Origin: a bacterium | GTDB taxonomy: Bacteria; UBA10199; 2-02-FULL-44-16; JAAZCA01 | Length of the DNA stretch: 64,000 nt | Assembly (NCBI GenBank): GCA_963674695.2 | Contig: CAXXGI010000002.1 | Coordinates: 256,001-320,000, forward strand | Direction of reading: 5' to 3' | In this document: positions 59,598-64,000 of the stretch, one piece after another | How positions within the stretch are numbered: position 1 is the stretch's first letter | How the letters are laid out: each line of letters opens with the position of its first letter | Position numbers and translations under genes: made by a program | Notes under the pieces: generated by a model | The model's input: only the letters and a program-made list of their open reading frames with translations | Database searches by the model: none | Told to the model about the DNA's origin: nothing

Positions 59598-60505
59598 AAC
59601 GAAACGTCACAAATATATCGCACTCGATCAGACAACGACTCCTAAATGAATCCAAGAAATTGGGTCGGCCATTCAAGGACATCCTCACGCTCTATGTGAT
59701 AGAGCGTTTTCTCTATCGCGTCGGCCTTTCACGGTTCGTGAAGAAACTTTATCTCAAAGGCGCGCTCCTCTTGAGTGTCTGGGGCATACCGAAGGGGCGA
59801 CCAACAGCGGATATCGACATGCTGGGAACGATCGATACCACAGATGAGGCGCTCAAAGAAGCCATGACGGAGTGCATGGCCGTTGATGTCGATGATGGAC
59901 TCACATTTCATCCCGAGACGATGAGCATCGAGACGATTACGAAGGAAGCCGACTATGATGGAAAGCGCATTCGCTTCCTTGCAACGTTGGGTACAGCCAG
60001 AGCGATGGTTCAGGTGGATGTCGGCATCGGCGATGTGGTCATACCGGGGCCGATCTGGATTGATTATCCCGTTCTGCTCGAGGGGGAGAAACCGCATCTG
60101 CTGGCCTATACGCCGGAGAGCAGCATCGCTGAAAAGTTTCATGCCATGGTAAAATTGGATATCGGCAACAGTCGGATGAAGGATTTCTATGATATCTGGG
60201 TGCTCTCAGACCATCTGGAGTTTGACGGGGCGGTTCTGTCGCAGGCGATTCGATCGACCTTTGAGAGAAGGGCGACAGCGATGTCGGATGAGATACCAAC
60301 GGCCCTGACCATTCGCTTTGCGAATGATGATGCCCATCGGAAACAGTGGCAGGCGTTTCTGCGAAAGAACGAACTCGAGCAGGGCACGCCGAGCTTCGAG
60401 ACGATTCAGGAGAGGATCAGGGTTTTCCTTATGCCCGTCATGAATGAGCTCGCTCAAGAGAAAACGTTTTCGAAGGCATGGTCCGCCGCAGGTGATTGGA
60501 CATAG
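59594..60505 (+). CDS. Type IV TA toxin, AbiEii nucleotidyltransferase
   Basis: ERFLYR, LKGA, RPTADID, AEKFHA and NSRMKDFYDI motifs; GTGA overlap. Confidence 0.9.
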   Translation: MKRNVTNISHSIRQRLLNESKKLGRPFKDILTLYVIERFLYRVGLSRFVKKLYLKGALLLSVWGIPKGRPTADIDMLGTIDTTDEALKEAMTECMAVDVDDGLTFHPETMSIETITKEADYDGKRIRFLATLGTARAMVQVDVGIGDVVIPGPIWIDYPVLLEGEKPHLLAYTPESSIAEKFHAMVKLDIGNSRMKDFYDIWVLSDHLEFDGAVLSQAIRSTFERRATAMSDEIPTALTIRFANDDAHRKQWQAFLRKNELEQGTPSFETIQERIRVFLMPVMNELAQEKTFSKAWSAAGDWT

Positions 60506-60534
60506 TGCTCATTTGGGCGGTGCGCAGGTCTTCA

Positions 60535-60723
60535 CGACAACCCCACACGGGCGCATCGGTCTCGGGGTGGGGATAGCGCGGCTCAACCTGATCGCCACGC
60601 TCGCCGGCATTCGCGTGCACCAGGCGCCAAAAGAAGACGCATCAGGCTCGATCACCACGCTTGCGTTCACCTCGGATACAACGGAGTAGTATCGCAATCA
60701 CGAATTCGACCGAAACCACACCG
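60535..60723 (+). repeat. Gene 3'-end direct repeat, copy 2
   Basis: 60535-60680 differs from 62256-62401 at about 5 of 146 nt. Confidence 0.9.
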
Positions 60724-60756
60724 TACCATTCAACAGTATCAGTGCTCGCATAGATT

Positions 60757-61623
60757 TCAGGAATTGGATTCATCGGGAACACGTGTATCGATCTCGCTGA
60801 GGAACTTCATCAGCTTTGCCCATGTTTCCTCGAATTCGGCCTTGTGGCCCAACACCCTGATACCCGGCCAAGCAGCCTTGAGGATGGTCTTTTCAAATTT
60901 CTCGGCGTTGCCCACAAGCGAAGCGGGCAGCGGCGTATTTCTGTTCGCGAACGTCCTTCTGATGGCGTCGATGAGCTTTCCCCTGTTCGGGCACAGCGGG
61001 ATGAGGTACGCGAGATCGTATATATCCTTTGCGCGTGAATTCGCCGATCCCCGATCGTACATGGTCTCCAGTTTCTCTGCGATAATATATTCGATCGAGT
61101 ACACCTTCCAAGAAATGGGCTTTGCGTGCCCAAGAATTGACGGCATAACTTCAGAGGGTGGCGTTGCTGGAATCGTGTCGCTAAAAGCAACGTCGACGTG
61201 AATTCTCGAAAGCTTGTGCAGTTTGTTCATGTCCGGCTCGCCAATTTGAAACGCGCAGTCGAACCGGTAGGAGCCGTATTGTCCTTGTTCGTCGAGTTCA
61301 TCGACGTGGATATCACCAAACCACAGGCCATCATCCAGATTTGATTCCAGCGCTTGCCTTGCCAACCGCTCCAGCCGTGCCTTGTCGATGGCAACTGCCA
61401 GGGCATCCGCGTCACGAGTGAAACGCTCGCTGTTAAAGATTTTGAACAATACGAGCCCGCCCTTGAAGACGAGGTGCTCCGACAATTCGTGGTGACGTTC
61501 GAGTCGTGCGATGGCCCGTTCCAATGCAACGATGACGCGAAACTCATTGATGCTGAGCCGCGCGTCTTCCTTGGCAATGCGCCTCAATGCGCGGTTGATC
61601 TGCTTTGCGTTCTCCCGGTTCAT
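60757..61623 (-). CDS. Type IV TA toxin, AbiEii nucleotidyltransferase
   Basis: ERAIARL, FKGG, RFTRDAD, AEKLE and NSRAKDIYDL motifs. Confidence 0.88.
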   Translation of the reverse strand: MNRENAKQINRALRRIAKEDARLSINEFRVIVALERAIARLERHHELSEHLVFKGGLVLFKIFNSERFTRDADALAVAIDKARLERLARQALESNLDDGLWFGDIHVDELDEQGQYGSYRFDCAFQIGEPDMNKLHKLSRIHVDVAFSDTIPATPPSEVMPSILGHAKPISWKVYSIEYIIAEKLETMYDRGSANSRAKDIYDLAYLIPLCPNRGKLIDAIRRTFANRNTPLPASLVGNAEKFEKTILKAAWPGIRVLGHKAEFEETWAKLMKFLSEIDTRVPDESNS

Positions 61624-62204
61624 GATGCCAGTGTCTCTATAGAGGATCGTACACGATGTTCGACCTTGAGCTTCTTCGCCATATCGTAGAGGGAGCCGAG
61701 CTTTACCCTCTTTTGTGCGACCGATTGCTTGAGCGCAGCCAAAGCCACCTGCGATCCGATAATGCGCTTATAGACGAGGCAGTCGATGATGGTGCGCTCT
61801 ATCGTCGTTATCCAGAAGTATTTCGTTTTCTTGATGCCGATATCCCACTTGGGGCATCGCGATCTGATGAGCTTGAGTTCATGGGCTTTGGTCCTCTTCG
61901 TATCCGGGACCAGCATCCATACCTTTTTCGTGATCTGATCGGTCAGGTTGTAATGTTCCAAGGCGGAGAGAAGGCAGACGCTCGATGGAAGGCCACAGCG
62001 CAGAGTGGCTGCCCGATAGAGATCCTCGCTTGCCCCCACCGCCCTGTCGGCCAGTTGGTAGACCCCACGGGAGAGCCGTTCGATGAGTCCCTGTGCCAGC
62101 AATTTCTTGACGACGTGCTGTCCAAGCCCCCATGCGAGGGCCTCTTGATAGCAAAACGGCCTATTCGGTAACCGCTTAATATAATGAGATAATTCAAGCT
62201 GCAT
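61620..62204 (-). CDS. Type IV TA antitoxin, AbiEi family
   Basis: RGVYQL, VCLLSALEHY.LTD and ERTIIDC motifs; start may be 62216. Confidence 0.88.
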   Translation of the reverse strand: MQLELSHYIKRLPNRPFCYQEALAWGLGQHVVKKLLAQGLIERLSRGVYQLADRAVGASEDLYRAATLRCGLPSSVCLLSALEHYNLTDQITKKVWMLVPDTKRTKAHELKLIRSRCPKWDIGIKKTKYFWITTIERTIIDCLVYKRIIGSQVALAALKQSVAQKRVKLGSLYDMAKKLKVEHRVRSSIETLAS

Positions 62205-62255
62205 AATCCATAACATGACACGGTTTTAGATTTGTGTCAACTTATAGTCTGTCGC

Positions 62256-62416
62256 CGACGACCCAACACGGGCGCATCGGTCTCGGGGTGGGGATAGCGC
62301 GGCTCAACCTGATCGCCATGCTCGCCGGCATTCGCGTGCACCAGGCGCCAAAAGAAGACGCATCAGGCTCGATCACCACGCTTGCGTTCGCTTCGGATAC
62401 ATCAGAAGCTGTATGA
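62256..62416 (+). repeat. Gene 3'-end direct repeat, copy 3
   Basis: Reads GRIGLGVGIARLNLIAMLAGIRVHQAPKEDASGSITTLAFASDTSEAV*. Confidence 0.9.
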
Positions 62417-62504
62417 GGAGGACAAGGTGAGAAGGAAGGATGGTTGGAATGAAGTGATGTGTCCCAGGTATTAGAGGAATTGTAGATGCGGGAAGGAGCT
62501 TTTG

Positions 62505-64000
62505 GTGGGGTTGCCAGATAACATTGCTTGTCCGTGTATGAGCGGAAGGGCTTACTTTGAATGCTGTAAAATGTCAGATCAAAACACCACCGCTCAATGC
62601 TTCACTGAGAGAATGGTTGTGCGAGTGTGTGGTCGGGATTTGTATTCCGGATCGCTGGGGATAAATGAGATAATTCAGATCCTGAAAACCATCCCCCTCA
62701 AGGCCGCTATCATAGAATTGTCATCCGCTGGAATATTATTAGCAAATTCAATCCCAAGTGACGGGACAACTGAAAAACTGACCCAACACTTCCTAGATGA
62801 TTATCAGCTTAAAAAGTTTAGGTCATTTGAGCGGCGGCATGAGGGTAAAATGGTCCTCATGTCAGAGCAGGGCGTGATGGTGCTTTTACAAATGGCAAGA
62901 ATTTATTGTGAACGCAATGCTGATCCAGGTTCAATTGGGATGTACCGAGCTAAAATGGGCCGCGCAATGCTTATAGTAAATGATCTACTGGCAAGGATTG
63001 ATGATTATGGTCAATTGCCAAATATAGCAGCCAGATTGAGTATTTTAAGAGGATTGACTCCTTTTTTGATGAGACAATCAATATTCATGGATTCAGATCA
63101 ACCACGCTATTCAATCCCTCGGTCTGTCCTGATATTTAGCAAAATGAACAAAATTGTAGCAAACACATTCAGTGTAGATGATGTCATTAGAAATGCGTGC
63201 GGATTTGATCTGAAAACATTTTTGGAAGCCGCATTCATCGTTAATGGTTACTGGCTCACTCAAACCTATGACAAGTGGGCTCCGCAACAGGTCATAATTA
63301 ATCCATCTACAGTTTTTTCTCTGATGGGAAACTCGGCGTCGAGGTATTCAAAAGCTCTTGATTATTTCACGCAGGATACGGTCGCTGACGCACCCACCTT
63401 GCCCCTAGAAGAAGACGTTGATGGTTGGAGGCGCTTTGTATATGGAGCTTATGACCTTCGTAAGCGACCCCTCTTGCGTCTTGATGATGGAGTTTATTGT
63501 GGTTCGCTGAAATTTACACAAGATCTCTACTGGCATGCTCCCTATTACCTCGTAATTGATAATAGCATCGACACCGAAAAAGACAGGTTTTTTCAGTTCT
63601 GTGGTGACTCGTTTGAGGAATATATATTTGCATTAACGCGTGATGCATTTGGTGAAAACTGCTCTCGGATTGAATTGGCGAGCGGCACACCATTTAATGA
63701 TGGAGTGATTAAGATAACTGATGATTGGCTGCTGATTATCGAGACAAAAGCAGCTAAGCCTACTCGAAATATGGCCTCGGGGAATACGCCTTTTCTTGAT
63801 ATGTCCGAGTTTGAGAACAAGATTCATTATGGCGCACAGCAGCTTGCAGATCGCATCACCGAATACAGGAGGGAGACGGGTTATAATGGGCGCATATCTC
63901 CATGCTTACTCACTATGGGGTCAATGCCTCTGAATTCAATGTTATGGGAACTTATTAACGATGGGATTCGAGATACCGGATTAGCCGCTGATCTCAGGAA
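62505..64000 (+). CDS. 3'-truncated low-GC protein: N-terminal SEC-C motif and C-terminal PD-(D/E)xK nuclease-like domain
   Basis: Absent from the ORF track because it runs off the end; translated by hand. AAGGAG SD, GTG start, CPCMSGRAYFECC; GDSFEEYI...NDGVI...IIETK...QQL. Confidence 0.8.
   Translation, partial: MGLPDNIACPCMSGRAYFECCKMSDQNTTAQCFTERMVVRVCGRDLYSGSLGINEIIQILKTIPLKAAIIELSSAGILLANSIPSDGTTEKLTQHFLDDYQLKKFRSFERRHEGKMVLMSEQGVMVLLQMARIYCERNADPGSIGMYRAKMGRAMLIVNDLLARIDDYGQLPNIAARLSILRGLTPFLMRQSIFMDSDQPRYSIPRSVLIFSKMNKIVANTFSVDDVIRNACGFDLKTFLEAAFIVNGYWLTQTYDKWAPQQVIINPSTVFSLMGNSASRYSKALDYFTQDTVADAPTLPLEEDVDGWRRFVYGAYDLRKRPLLRLDDGVYCGSLKFTQDLYWHAPYYLVIDNSIDTEKDRFFQFCGDSFEEYIFALTRDAFGENCSRIELASGTPFNDGVIKITDDWLLIIETKAAKPTRNMASGNTPFLDMSEFENKIHYGAQQLADRITEYRRETGYNGRISPCLLTMGSMPLNSMLWELINDGIRDTGLAADLR

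Noticed and set aside
58726-62416. CRISPR array or integron attC sites
   Set aside because: The repeats are about 120-190 nt, kilobases apart, non-palindromic and show a coding signature; no cas or intI gene is in the window.

Overview
GC-rich bacterial chromosome segment. The gene content and a MYXO-CTERM-like sorting tail suggest a deltaproteobacterium-like lineage (inference only). Most of it is housekeeping and envelope genes: ade, polyprenyl synthase, queF, purC, gpsA, pepF, an RluA-family synthase, glnB-Lrp-glnA, serS and tRNA-Pro(CGG). Three parts stand out. (1) 1-6216: at least four paralogous unknown proteins; three share a Cys-rich 'PRQAR' N-terminal module, and they surround a caspase-fold protease + EF-hand + thioredoxin + helical-repeat fusion. 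Two genes here follow a recurring sigma28-like promoter (GCAAC-N14..16-G[C/T]CGATA). (2) Several families of intergenic palindromes, two of which occur as same-length pairs with many compensatory base changes. (3) 56204-64000: a lower-GC defence-like region with two ATPases, two AbiE-type toxin-antitoxin pairs and a truncated SEC-C + PD-(D/E)xK nuclease-like ORF, with the modules separated by three copies of one gene 3'-end fragment. All calls come from reading motifs by eye; no database searches were run.
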